Assembly (NCBI GenBank): GCA_965649765.1
Contig: OZ287759.1
Span: forward strand, 46,748,001-46,812,000
DNA from: Bispira polyomma
Taxonomy: Eukaryota
Length of the DNA stretch: 64,000 nucleotides
Direction of reading: 5' to 3'
Shown: positions 52,758 to 64,000 of the stretch, piece after piece
Layout of the letters: each line of letters starts with the position of its first letter
How positions within the stretch are numbered: the first letter of the stretch is position 1
Notes under the pieces: model-generated
Databases searched by the model: none
Told to the model about the DNA's origin: nothing
Seen by the model: the letters and a program-made list of their open reading frames with translations, nothing else
Program-made: the position numbers and the translations under genes

Positions 52758-53315
52758 TAAGTCGTTGTTATACTGAGCACGTTCGTGTTATCTTTTAATT
52801 TCCGTAAACGGGAGAAAACGAAAATAAACGCAGTGAAAATTCGGGAAAATGTAGCAAAAAATCAATGTATAGGCCGTTTTGTACACGTTCTGTGCACATC
52901 TGTACACGCATTTAACACATTAGCCACTTTTTTAAACACGTTATCCACTTTTTTAAACACGTTAGCCATGTTTCTAAACCCGTTTCATTCCCGTTCACCT
53001 CATTTTAAATATTATTTGGATGTATAGTTTGTTTTACTGCCATCCTTAAAGTCATATACGTATTGAATATGTGTCATACCTTTTCCACAAACACACCAAC
53101 TGTTTCAGGAAAAAGGCCAAAAATGTAAAATTTTGAGCAGCTTAAGTGTTTTTACGTTTTTGAAAAAACGGGACATTAAATTACCATCTTACTCACGCAT
53201 GCTTACGTGTACTTAAGTACACTACGTTCACTAGTCGAATGCTTCGGTTTCACATTTCACCTTCACCATTTTTTTGGCGTAAACAAAACGTAAGCCCAGT
53301 GTGACCAAAGCATTA
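52758..53315. mobile_element. Harbinger-like non-autonomous element with internal ~21-bp tandem repeat
   Basis: Right end gcccagtgtgaccaaagcatta is inverted to a degenerate left end; CpG-rich interior; tttaaacacgttagccac repeats ~52910-52980. Confidence 0.45.
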
Positions 53316-53769
53316 GTGTTTTCAAAAAAGGATATATGTAAGGCTGTTATTGAATGCCAAATGTTGTCTGTTGTATATGTTTTAGTGGCTATATTTGTAT
53401 GTGAGCTATATATGTAACTTATAATCGCAAAAATTTCCTTCGGTTATCGGGGATAGCTTTTTTTGCAAATTTTATATCAGTACCAAAACTGTATTTCAAA
53501 GAATAGTGAAATAACAAATGCTCGGGTCCCAGGTCCCATTAGTACATCCGAGATCCTTTCTAATTTCATGCTTCCCGGCTGTGCCTGATATAATGGCCTT
53601 TTAATATAAATCGGAAACCTGTCAGTTTTGCCAGGTAGATTGCTGCCAACCAATCGATGAAGCCCTTGCATCTTTCCAGCCTGTAATATATACTGCTTTC
53701 AGCAGTGTTCTTTAATATCTAATTTTCCCCCCATTTCCATATAGCCAACACCGGCAGTCTACCACTTCT

Positions 53770-54345
53770 TTGATTTTCACTGGATGCCTCAGATCAACGC
53801 CAACAGAAAGTCTATACACCCTAGCATGTATAGCATCACCAGGGATTTCGACAAAGTGCTGAAAAGTAGTAGAGAACGCAAGCGCTAGACCACAGATGAG
53901 CGACACTTCCTATTTGGTCATGAACCAGCAAAGAGTTGGCTTAAGTCTAGATAAAGAAAAGCTTCCTTTAACGAAGTTGAATCCAGTGGCGCTGACAATA
54001 CCAGAGCTGCCTTATGGTAAGAGAGGCTTGCCAATCTTCTGACAGCAACCATTTCCATAAGTGCCAAAGAAGAACTCCCACCTGGTGCTGACTCCAACTG
54101 GGCTGAATGGAAATGTCTCAATGAACTAAGATCTGGTGTTGGCAGCTCAAAAGTGACACTCAAGAAATAGGGATATTTGGACACCAAAGATGTGACCTGC
54201 AAATGTGGCACTGAACCACAAACCATGGAACACTTTCTGTGCTGTCCACTCCTGGAGCAACAATGCAAAGCTCAAAATCCTGCAGAATACAACAATAGAG
54301 CTAAAAACACAACATATAGCGTGTGTGTGTGGACACGCTAAGATC
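53770..54345 (+). mobile_element. Ingi/Vingi-like non-LTR retrotransposon 3' fragment with CCHC zinc knuckle (pseudogenised)
   Basis: Plus-strand pieces TGCLRSTPTESLYTLACIASP, DERHFLFGHEPAKSWLKSR and WKCLNELRSGVG…KK*GY…CKCG…QTMEHFLCCP, with stops and frameshifts. Confidence 0.8.
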
Positions 54346-57300
54346 AGATGCTGCAGGTTGATAAAAGGCGGATTTTTCAGCTGATGTAGCAGTAGTTTTG
54401 TTTTTTGGTATTGTTTGGCGGATGGTATAAATCGAATCAAATCTAATCAAATTCCGTAAAGGTGCTTACTTGTCTGTACTAGCAGATTCTAAGGCACAAC
54501 ATTTAAAATCATTGTTCAGTAGCTTACACACTGTATAAAAATTAATACCAAAATTGGTTAGGGTTTGAGGCTGGGAACTGGTAACACACTCGGCTCCTAT
54601 CTATGCAAAGTCTTGGAGTTCTATCCAATCTTGGGTTCTGGAGTGTATGTATCAAAGTTGAAACAGTTGGCTGAAGACTTGTGGTTTGCAGAAAGTCCTT
54701 GACCAACTACCCTTGTTCTGACTAACAGTAAAAACTGCCTGTCGTCATATGACTTGACAAACTTGACTTGACAAACTTGGCTAGAAATGGCCTGCAGTTA
54801 TTTAGAGCCTTTACCAGGCTTGGCAAATAGCCCTCAAATTATGCAGAGGCTTGCGTACACCCCAGAAAGGGGTTTAATATTGATTTAATATGCTTTGGAA
54901 GGAGTGGACGTTCCCGAGCGTATTGATTATTTATACAGTTTGGGCGACACATGGTAAAAGAAAGTTCAGAGCACAACACCTGAAAGTTTTATGTTCAAGT
55001 CTGTGGACTTCCATAATTTGCTGTGATGCCAGAAGCTTCTATGTTTGTAAGTATTTTAATTTTCTTACTAGTTAGGTTGTAATTTCTTTCCAATGTTATT
55101 ATTTTTTCATTTGTTCCCCTCCTTTTGCACTTGTTACTTTGAATGGTTTTTTGCCGTCTGTTTTTTTCCAGATTTACCTGGTTTTTCTTTTTCCTTTTGG
55201 GGCCCATGTCATTGCCTCTGTTTTGTTTTTATTTTTCATTTTCTCTTTTTAAGATATGGCCTATGTGTTTTCTGAATAATAATTTCCATTGGCTCTATTT
55301 TTTTTCTAAAAGGTGTTGACTGGTATATTTTAGGCTAGTATATTTTTATAATTCTTCTTAGACATCTATTTTTGGAATGTTTCGCATGTCTTTACATCCG
55401 CTTTTGTTGTTTTCCAGCATTCTGATCTGTATAGTAAGACTGATTTCACATTGCTTTTATAGATCTTTACCTTGGCTGCTTTGTTGTAGATGTTTTCCAC
55501 AAGTGACAAATGCTGTGGGCCTGTCCCAATATGACCCTGGCAGTTGAACGGGACGTTAAACCCTCAACTTTGATTTTGTTGTAGATGTTGGATTTTCAAG
55601 CTTGACTAAGTCCTGGTCCAGTTATCTTAGTCCATTTGTCAGGTGTTTCCCCAACTATGTGTATTTAATTTACCTACTCATTAAGAGATCCCAGTGCATG
55701 GACACACACAACAAACTGAGGGTTCTGACTTCACCCAGTGTGAGAGATATCAAAGGAGTTCTGTCCAACTTTACACAGGAAACTGGACTAAGTACAAACA
55801 TCCAGTTGTTGAGTAAACGATGTCTTATTTGTGTTAAACAGAAATTCACACAAAAATATGATAAATAATGAAGTTTAATTAAACTCATTTTAATTTAGTT
55901 ATCAGGCATTGGACTACAGTTAAACTTTTTTTTTCAAATTAAATTATGAGGCTTTGGACTACAGTAAACGTCTTCTTTTTAAATTTATTCATCAGGGATT
56001 GGACAACAGTTGAACTTTTTATCTTTTTTTTTTGTCTGCCATTGAATAATATATGGGTGATCATCCTTAGAGGCATGCTCTGAACAGGGGGTCTATATTT
56101 GCCGTAAAATTCTTGTAGAGGAAGTTTGTGCAAGTCGATTTCATTTGGCACAAGGTTTTACACATCTTGAGGAAAGAGGCATTTACCTAAGTCATCCACC
56201 TTTTTTGAGTAAACCTGTATAATGGACCATCTGACACCCACCCATGGGCATATATCAGACAATGGAGACCTATATTTGGGAGCCAGGATAAAAGCAAACT
56301 ATGCTGTCTGCTTAAACCAGAACTCCAGTAAACTTGCAAAAAAGTACTGATTGCTCCTAATTAAAAATCTGGAAGCAAATGGGCAATGTGTGGAGGCCTT
56401 ATTTATCAGGCACACAGCCTGATATTGTTTTCATTCTAAAAAAAGGGCACCGCCATCATCTTCAAAAAGAGGTAAGGCATTCATGGATTGGCTGTGGAAG
56501 CAATCGACCTGGCCAAACCTTAGGGATGTCAGATTTATTGTTATCCGGTGCAGTCTGGGGCCTGAGTGCATGTAGTGGCCATATCAAAGTTAGTGTATTT
56601 CACACTGTGCACCTTTTTTAAAAGTCAACTCTTGTTTATTATTCTTTCTCTTTCAGTCTGATCTTGTACATCCTCTGATGGAAGTCAAATGGCAGTGTAG
56701 TTCAGAAAAGTCAGGTTCCCCTTTTATACAAGGGTTAACATTCTATGTCATGGTGTATGACGTGCTGCCCTAAATCTGTGGCAAACCATCATGTAGTCTT
56801 GCCTCAGGCTCCACATGCCAGTATGTAATCAATTGGGAATTTTAATATTATCTAGTTATGTCAATACACACCTGAATAACTTGAAGAGCTACAGGTTTAG
56901 ATTAAATTTAACCGCGACTTTCAGCATGTCATGAGCCATATTAAAACGGGTAGTTCTGAAATCGGAACTTAGTAGTTAGTTTTAAATCCCAGCCATGGTG
57001 TGTTTGTGTGAAAGCTGGCAGTAAATTGCTGAAGGCAAGTTGTTTTGTTGCAGAGCAGAAAACACTTGACCAACTAGCCCCTTGTGATTTTCCTCCAACA
57101 GTAGAACTGTCCATCATGTTTCAGACACAAGACGTATTGGAAGTGGTATAAAACGTCCCACTTTGACAAATTTTGTTGGCGACAGTAAGACAGTTTTGTC
57201 AGTTCTTGGTCAAAAAGCCTAATATTCCTTTTGCAGTGACATTGAATCAACAATGACAAGTTACCATGCATAAAAAAAGTTTAGTAAGACAGTAAAAATA

Positions 57301-58140
57301 CACCAATATAAATATGAAGAACACATTTCAACAATATGATGCAAACGCGTTTGACATTGCTGTGAATTGCTGGTATCGCAGCACAGAATTTGAATGTGTT
57401 AACATGTTCAAAATTCTCTGCATTGCAAATTTGTTTTTGCATTCAGCAACTGCAGGCGAACACAATACAAACATATAACAAAAATTTGAAAGACAGTTTG
57501 AACATTGCCCAAGAACTGAATTTGTGATATATCGTAATCAGAAATTAACAATAATTGGGACAGGGACTTAATAACTAAATTTAAATTACCGAAACTTACA
57601 TAGGCCGAGAATTTACAGAGCGATGTTTGCAGTGTTGGTGACCCATGTTGAGTAGGCGCATTGAACCCTTCCACTGAACTTTCATCTCTATCCTCTCTAA
57701 TAGCCAGCTATTTGTACTCAAAACCAGGGAGAATAAGTGGAATTACGTGGCTACATACAAACAATTCCTAGCCTAAGTTGTTGATTCTACTTCCTAACTT
57801 AGAAACTTTCTGTATTTAAAGGCAAATTCCTCCGCCATTCTGTACCTGTAGGTTTGTTTTCTATAACATCACCTATTTTTCTCTTCTTCTGTTTTGGCCA
57901 CTTTTGTTAAATAAAGAAAAACAGTTGAGTTTCAGTGAAATGTACACAATTGCCAGACTTAATGGACCTTTTTTTTCAATTGGGTTCAAAAAGAACCTTA
58001 AAACAAATCTAATATACCCATAAATACCAGGCTAATGTTGTTGATTGTCGTCACAATGTTTTGGTCAGTTATTTTCTAAAAAAAACTAATGTTTACTGAA
58101 GCTGAAAAAGCTCCATATTAAAGAGTACATCAACCACTAA

Positions 58141-58375
58141 GGGGCCCTTGGTGGTGCAATGGTAACATACTCGCCTCCCACCTCAGCTGCCGCGGGTTCG
58201 AATCACAGCTCTAGTGTGTATGTGGGGACAGTTGGCAATAGACTTGCTGACGGTCGGTTGGTTTGCAGAGCAGGAACACCTTGACTAACCATCATATTCT
58301 TATTGCCTACAACAAGTGACCTCCCCCTGGTGATATGACACAAAAACTTGTCGAAACAATGTTAAAGCCAAAACA
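58141..58375 (+). mobile_element. tRNA-derived SINE (family S3); related copies ~31780-31940(+) and ~32165-32350(-)
   Basis: Head ggtggtgcaatggtaacatactcgcctcccacctc…gggttcgaatc shared among the three copies. Confidence 0.7.
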
Positions 58376-60999
58376 AGTGTAAATCATAAGCAATTGAACC
58401 TGTCAAAGTTTGGCAAACCCCTAAAGTACCTGTAAAAATATGGGTTTATGGCTTAAATAAACCCTTGGTGCACTGATATGTAAACCACCTACTTGCCATT
58501 CGTTTAAACAATCTTACAGTATATTTAAATATATACACTGAAACAATATTGCAAAATATCCAAAGTTTAATCAGATCAAGTATAAAATGCTTTGGATAAA
58601 GTAGCTGATACATCACTGGGTTCCATGTAGCATTCTAAAATAGGAATAAAGATATTCTGCATTATGGTGAACTATGTACTATCTCAGACAGATCATTCTA
58701 ACATTCCTCACATAGTTTAGTAGTAGTAATAGTAATAGTACCCTACTACATGAATGAGAACACTTTCTTAATGAAACTACTTAATGCATGTTTTCAGCAA
58801 GACTGCCTGATGACACAACTCATCAGCCATAAAGCATGTTGACATTAGAAGTTTCAAACACTGCTGCTTGTCTTAGAACACGCATACCATTGGGAACCCT
58901 GCATACTGGATAGACCCATGCAGATAGACCATATTCTCCAACAAGCTCAGGCCCAATTATTGTCTTCAGTAAAAACGTCAAGAGAGGAACAAGACTTTCT
59001 GTTTCCTCAGTTAAACTCACCAACTGGGCTGGATTTAGAGCTTTCTCAATTGCTGCTCCTTTGTTATGGAATAGTCTCCCTGTTGAGCTTTGCATCAATA
59101 AGTTTTTAAGTATTCTCCTGAACTTAGTGATCTAAGCTCACCTGGGGGACTATTTATTTATACCTAGCTCCTTATCTACCTTATTTTTGGTAATAAAATG
59201 CCATAATAATCACATATTTTTATATTAATTTTCCCAATTACAGCTAACCATCACCAGGTAACTGTGATTCTCCTAAGTTATTGAAGACATAGGCTTGTGA
59301 GGATGGCACCATTTAGCAATGCCCTGCAAGGTTATCTTTAATCTAACCACTAGGGACTGGGACCCAATTTGACTGGAGTGCTTATTTAACAAACTGTTAC
59401 TTAAAGCCTGACTTGAGTTCCACTTAATACCCAAAACATTGACTAGTCAAAGAAATGACTACACTTTTTAGACATCACAAAAACCCTATGTGAGAGCTAA
59501 ATAAACCATGACAAGATTTTTAAAAAATCAATAGATAAGACAGCTCTATTAGCCCCATTGGAACACCCCGTAAGGCCTCATCCAGCAGCTCAGAGAGAAC
59601 ATCCTTTGACACTGTACGCTTGTATGTGTCTTTTTTACAAAGGTTGTTATTTTGCCTTTTGAAAAAGGGGAAAGCAAACCTGGAAATTGGATCTAATTGT
59701 GTCCCAAGGAATATCCAGGCCAGAAGAAAGAACTAAAGGAAAACAAGTCATCTTTGTCGGTGTAGTTTTACAGAGGATGGATGGGATAATGGTGGTGGCT
59801 TTTCTGTGCTAAATAGGTTTGCACTTCCGCCTTCTGATAGTACTTCTTGAAAGTAGAATGGCAACAGAAACTCTACAATAGACATTTGGGGGCCCAATAT
59901 ATTCAGTCAAAAAAAATGTTCTGCTTTGGGATGACACACTTGATATATCAACATCCCCAAGGTTTGTTTGTAAAACTGCAACTAGTGGGTCAGGACCCCA
60001 ATGACCTGGGGTCAACTAATTGGTGTATGTTCTTTGATCGACTGGTATAGCAGAATAAAGAATATATTTCCTATGTCTGCAATACGTATTATACATAATT
60101 AATTATGAATTTGTTATTCGACTGGATAATATTACGGGAAAAAAAACATTTTGGAAGTGATTTTGAAAAACAAGTAAATCACATGACTTCAATTGGAGGG
60201 TTTAACTGGCCTGTCTTAATTCTAAATAAATTTAAACGATTGTTACATATGAAGAAAAGCATACACCTCATACAAAAAAAGAAAATTTTTTTATTTCCAT
60301 AAAAATAGTAGCAGCAATGTTTAATTCCAATGTGCCTTAGAGAGGTCTTACTAATTAAATTTAAACTCAACTATTACTTATTGTTTTAGTTTCGTTCACC
60401 AAAACCAGGCACTGCTTTATTGTCAACAGTGTGGTCTTACCTTAGGCGTAAAAATAGGGGGTGGGGGTGGGGGGGGGGGCAACTCAGTGGTTGAAATAAT
60501 GAAAAATGATCAAAACATTATATATCCAGTCACCTTTCGGTCACCTCACATTACAATTTATTCAACTGTAGCCAACACTCTCATAAGGTAATGGGCAATT
60601 TGATTTTAATTAGCAGAATCTTATGTTACTGTAGGCACTGTTTAGGTAACACACTCTTTAAGGAACACAACAGACCTGGGTTTAATCCCAACCTGGGAGC
60701 AAGTTGTGAAGTGTCTGATATAATTATTTAATTACTATTAATACTTTGACAATTAAATTTCAACCCTTGATTTGTGGGTCTTATCTGTAGCAATCTTGAG
60801 TTTGGGGGTTTCACCCTTAAGGTACATTTTAGACGGGTTGCTACTTATTTATTTATTAATTTTAATTCATACAGATACAAAGTAATGCATATCATTTCTT
60901 CAACTTATGTACATTATGCTAAACATGCAAATTTACCCTATTCACTAGTTCACTGTTATTTGTAGACTGTGTGGTCTGTACTGTCTCTTAGAACTAACA

Positions 61000-61262
61000 G
61001 GGGTGGCCTAGTGATTATCAAGCATTGCACTTCACAATCACTGGTCTTTCACCTCAGGGATCGGCTGGCGTGGGTTCCACTCCCGTCGATGCCTATGTGG
61101 GAAAGGCGGTAGTTCCTTTCTGTGGGCCGCTGGTTTCAGTGCAGAACCTTGATCAACTGTATGCAGTGTTTCCACCAGCGTTTCCAACTATCTGTCCCAA
61201 TATAACCTAAACAGGTACTAGAGTGGACTTTAAATATCCCAATTCAAAGTCAAATTCAAAAT
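61000..61262 (+). mobile_element. SINE S1 (gggatcggctggcg subfamily)
   Basis: S1 body; TSD tcttag(a/g)actaaca (60986-60999 / 61263-61276). Confidence 0.9.
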
Positions 61263-63043
61263 TCTTAGGACTAACATGTCTCTTACCACTTAGCTATAAA
61301 CATCAGAGTTTGTACTATTTTTTATCGTTACATGATTTTCATATTAAACTTATAGCAGAATTATATTGGTGGCATAATATATTGATTGTGTTACAGGATC
61401 CTGATCTACATCCATTAATTGCTAATTTTAGGCAACTTCTATTACATATATTTTTAGATCTGAATATTTTTATTTATAAAACTAACAATTCTCTTATGTA
61501 ACTGACAATTAATTACATTTACTGAAAAAAATTTGAATATGATAAAAAAAAGAATAGAAACAAAGCCTGTTAGCCAGGCTAGTAGATATGTTTTGTTTAC
61601 ATCTCTGTTGAGTGTAGGAGCATCCCTGGATCAGTGTTTGGATCAAATACCTGTGTCAATGAAGGGTTTGTCCTGAGGCGAGAATTAAGTAGAAACTGGG
61701 AGAAAAACTGGTTTGAAAAAAGGATGTTGTTGTAAAGATGTAAAGCCTTATAAAACTTTTAAGCTGAGCCTCAAAGCAGCTACAATTTCTTTATCAGCGA
61801 AAAACAAATATACGAGTATTTTTTATTTATTTTAAACTCAGAAATCAACAGATCACTTTGTGTTGACCTTTATTATGTTGGAACCCACAGGTTTTCCATT
61901 AAAGTGACAGCTTATAGTAAGAAAGACAAGGTATTCAGTAGATTAGTAATGTGTTCACCTATAATCCTATAATATCCTATATTTTGACTTTATTTCTTAG
62001 CTTTAGTAAGAACCTCAAGATAGGAAAGAGACTTTCTGTTCCCTTTGTTAAAACCTACCAAGAGGGCTGGATTTAGAGCTTATTCAATCGCTGCCCCTAT
62101 GTAATGGAATAGTGTCCTAGTGATGAGTTTAGATCACTAGAAACACTTTCTGGGTTTAGAAGAAAATTTAAAACCTGTCGCTTCAAATTGTTGGGCCCCC
62201 CCCCCCCCCCTTAGTTCCCTCCCTGTACACCCCCACATCCTTCCTTACGACCTTTTGCACCACGTCTCGGATGCAGTACAACTAATATAGGACGCCTTTA
62301 TACAAATTTAAGAAAGACAAAAACAAACCATTTGTTTTATTGTAGTATGAATATTATTAGTTTTCATAGATTTTCTTTTGTTATATTTTCTCAGGAATTG
62401 TTTTCTGCCAAAAATGTACAAATACACATTCATACACCATCAACAAAAATCACACACGCTGATCTGGCATGGTATTAACATTACCATCTTTTTCAAAAGC
62501 ATTCCACTCACTTGATAGTGTAAGAATCTATAGAGAGATGGTTTGTTTGTCCATCTTTAAAGTAGTAGCTCGTATGAATATGACATTTTGTACCCATTTT
62601 TTGTTGCCCTGTGTATAACACACTCATGATGTGTATCCAACCCACACACTTACAACCCACACACTTTTTTTTTAAAGACGCCCCTTGTTCTGGGCTTATA
62701 TCAAATTTGTTGTATTTCATTTATTTATTAAAAATGGAGACAGTATATGAAAAAATATCTATATATATATTCATAAACTAAATCACTTGTACTAAATGAT
62801 GTTTACTTTTCATATTTTTTTACATATTGCAATTACCCCAAAAGTGGAGGGTGATTGAAATATTTTACCATTATTTTTATATTTTTTTTTTCTTTGACAT
62901 ACACACTTTCTGTGTTATATAAGTAAACAGCACATGGGTGATTAAATCTGAAAATACACTACCATCTGTGTGAAAACATAATAACAAAAAGAAACTAATA
63001 AATGGTCCACAAAAATGTAGGTATTTTGGGTTAAATTTGTATA

Positions 63044-63269
63044 CAGCGGCCGTATTTATATAAAGTTCTTTGTCTTAAGATTTCAGTCTTTGATTTTGGC
63101 CCTAAACAAGGGTTCAGATTTTGGTATCTTAGTCCCAGTGACAGTAAGTAAAAGATCTTTGCGTATTGTGAACTTTTGCAGTTATCACTAAATGCTTTAA
63201 CAGTAGGCAGTCTTGAATGTTTTAGACATTAATGTTAAGATTAAGACCATTTTGTGAATACGGCGGCTG
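63044..63269. mobile_element. MITE with CAGC(G/C)GCCGTATT TIRs; related element at 5863-6054
   Basis: cagcggccgtattta / tgaatacggcggctg inverted ends with subterminal tcttaa / ttaaga. Confidence 0.7.
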
Positions 63270-63569
63270 ATGTTTTCTATGACATTAAAGCCAATAGGGA
63301 ACAAAAATCTCTTTTAATCCATATGCAACCAACACTGTAATTATTAAATTTTTTTTTTTTTTTTTAATCCTCTCTTCATCAATTCCATACATGAAAGTTC
63401 TCACCAGACATGCATATGTGTGGTTGAAAAACTCTTCATATTCATATATGTATATATTTCGTCATCAATAATATTACATTATATTTATATAGTTGTTTAC
63501 AATTTTAAAAATTATATGAGAAGGCACCAGAAAAAATAATTGAGACATATTAACAGTTGTACACTGATT

Positions 63570-63800
63570 AAAATAAGCAGGTTTTTAAAATTGTTTTTTA
63601 AAGTCTAAACTGTGTTGTTACATCTTAAGTTGATTGGCAGACTGTTCAACAATCGTGGTGCTGGTGAGCCAAATGCACAATCTCGAAGGGTTTTACTTTT
63701 TCTTCTTGGAACTAACAGTAGTTTGTGTGAATCTGAGCGCAAGGAACGAGCAGGGAAATATGGAATTAAGAGACTGATGATGTAGTCAGGTTCAAGAGGT
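63570..63800 (-). mobile_element. Second L2-type LINE 3' fragment (degenerate ORF2 C-terminus)
   Basis: PDYIISLLIPYFPARSLRS…LLLVPR…AF…APRLLNSLP…LR…*TFKK, the typical L2 terminal motif, with stops. Confidence 0.8.
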
Positions 63801-64000
63801 ATCAAGGTCATAGGGGTCATAAGGCAGTGGCAAATTTGTTTTACGATATACGGGTGTATGTAGAAAACCTAGGTCCTACTTCGGCCATTTTGAATTATCA
63901 TCTCTATATGATCACCAGTGACTCTATTTAGAAAGAGTATAAAATGCCAAGGTCGCGTCCGGCGGTTGTACGGTACCCCTACTTTTGTCACCCATACTGT

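Noticed and set aside
58785-58830. Hammerhead ribozyme (CTGATGAG…GAAA on minus strand)
   Set aside because: No proper stem II closing pair or stems I/III; it is just a 7-bp inverted repeat ctgatga/tcatcag.
59520-60050. Slightly GC-richer stretch with short protein-like frames on the minus strand
   Set aside because: Frames are broken by stops, no consistent splice pair, no recognisable domain.

Overview
AT-rich eukaryotic genomic DNA, probably molluscan or lophotrochozoan judging from the Meta/MESC-like and Nin-like SINEs. There are two assembly gaps and a dense background of SINEs, L2-type and Ingi/Vingi-type LINE 3' fragments, MITEs and minisatellites. Only one protein-coding gene can be supported. 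It lies on the minus strand and was assembled here from splice sites: exon 1 (32746/32710-32688), exon 2 (20294-20060), then either of two tandem-duplicated terminal exons (3B 8699-8394 or 3A 4391-4095). It encodes a ~185-200 aa secreted protein: signal peptide, one Ig-like domain split by a phase-0 intron, and a His/Arg-rich basic tail. A ~4.24 kb tandem duplication (1046-5288 / 5289-9532) copied the whole last-exon cassette (acceptor, C-terminal half of the Ig domain, tail, ~3 kb 3'UTR, poly(A) signals, GU-rich element). The result appears to be a two-way mutually exclusive 'half-Ig + tail + UTR' switch, with both copies apparently under purifying selection. Most ORFs in the supplied track are spurious.
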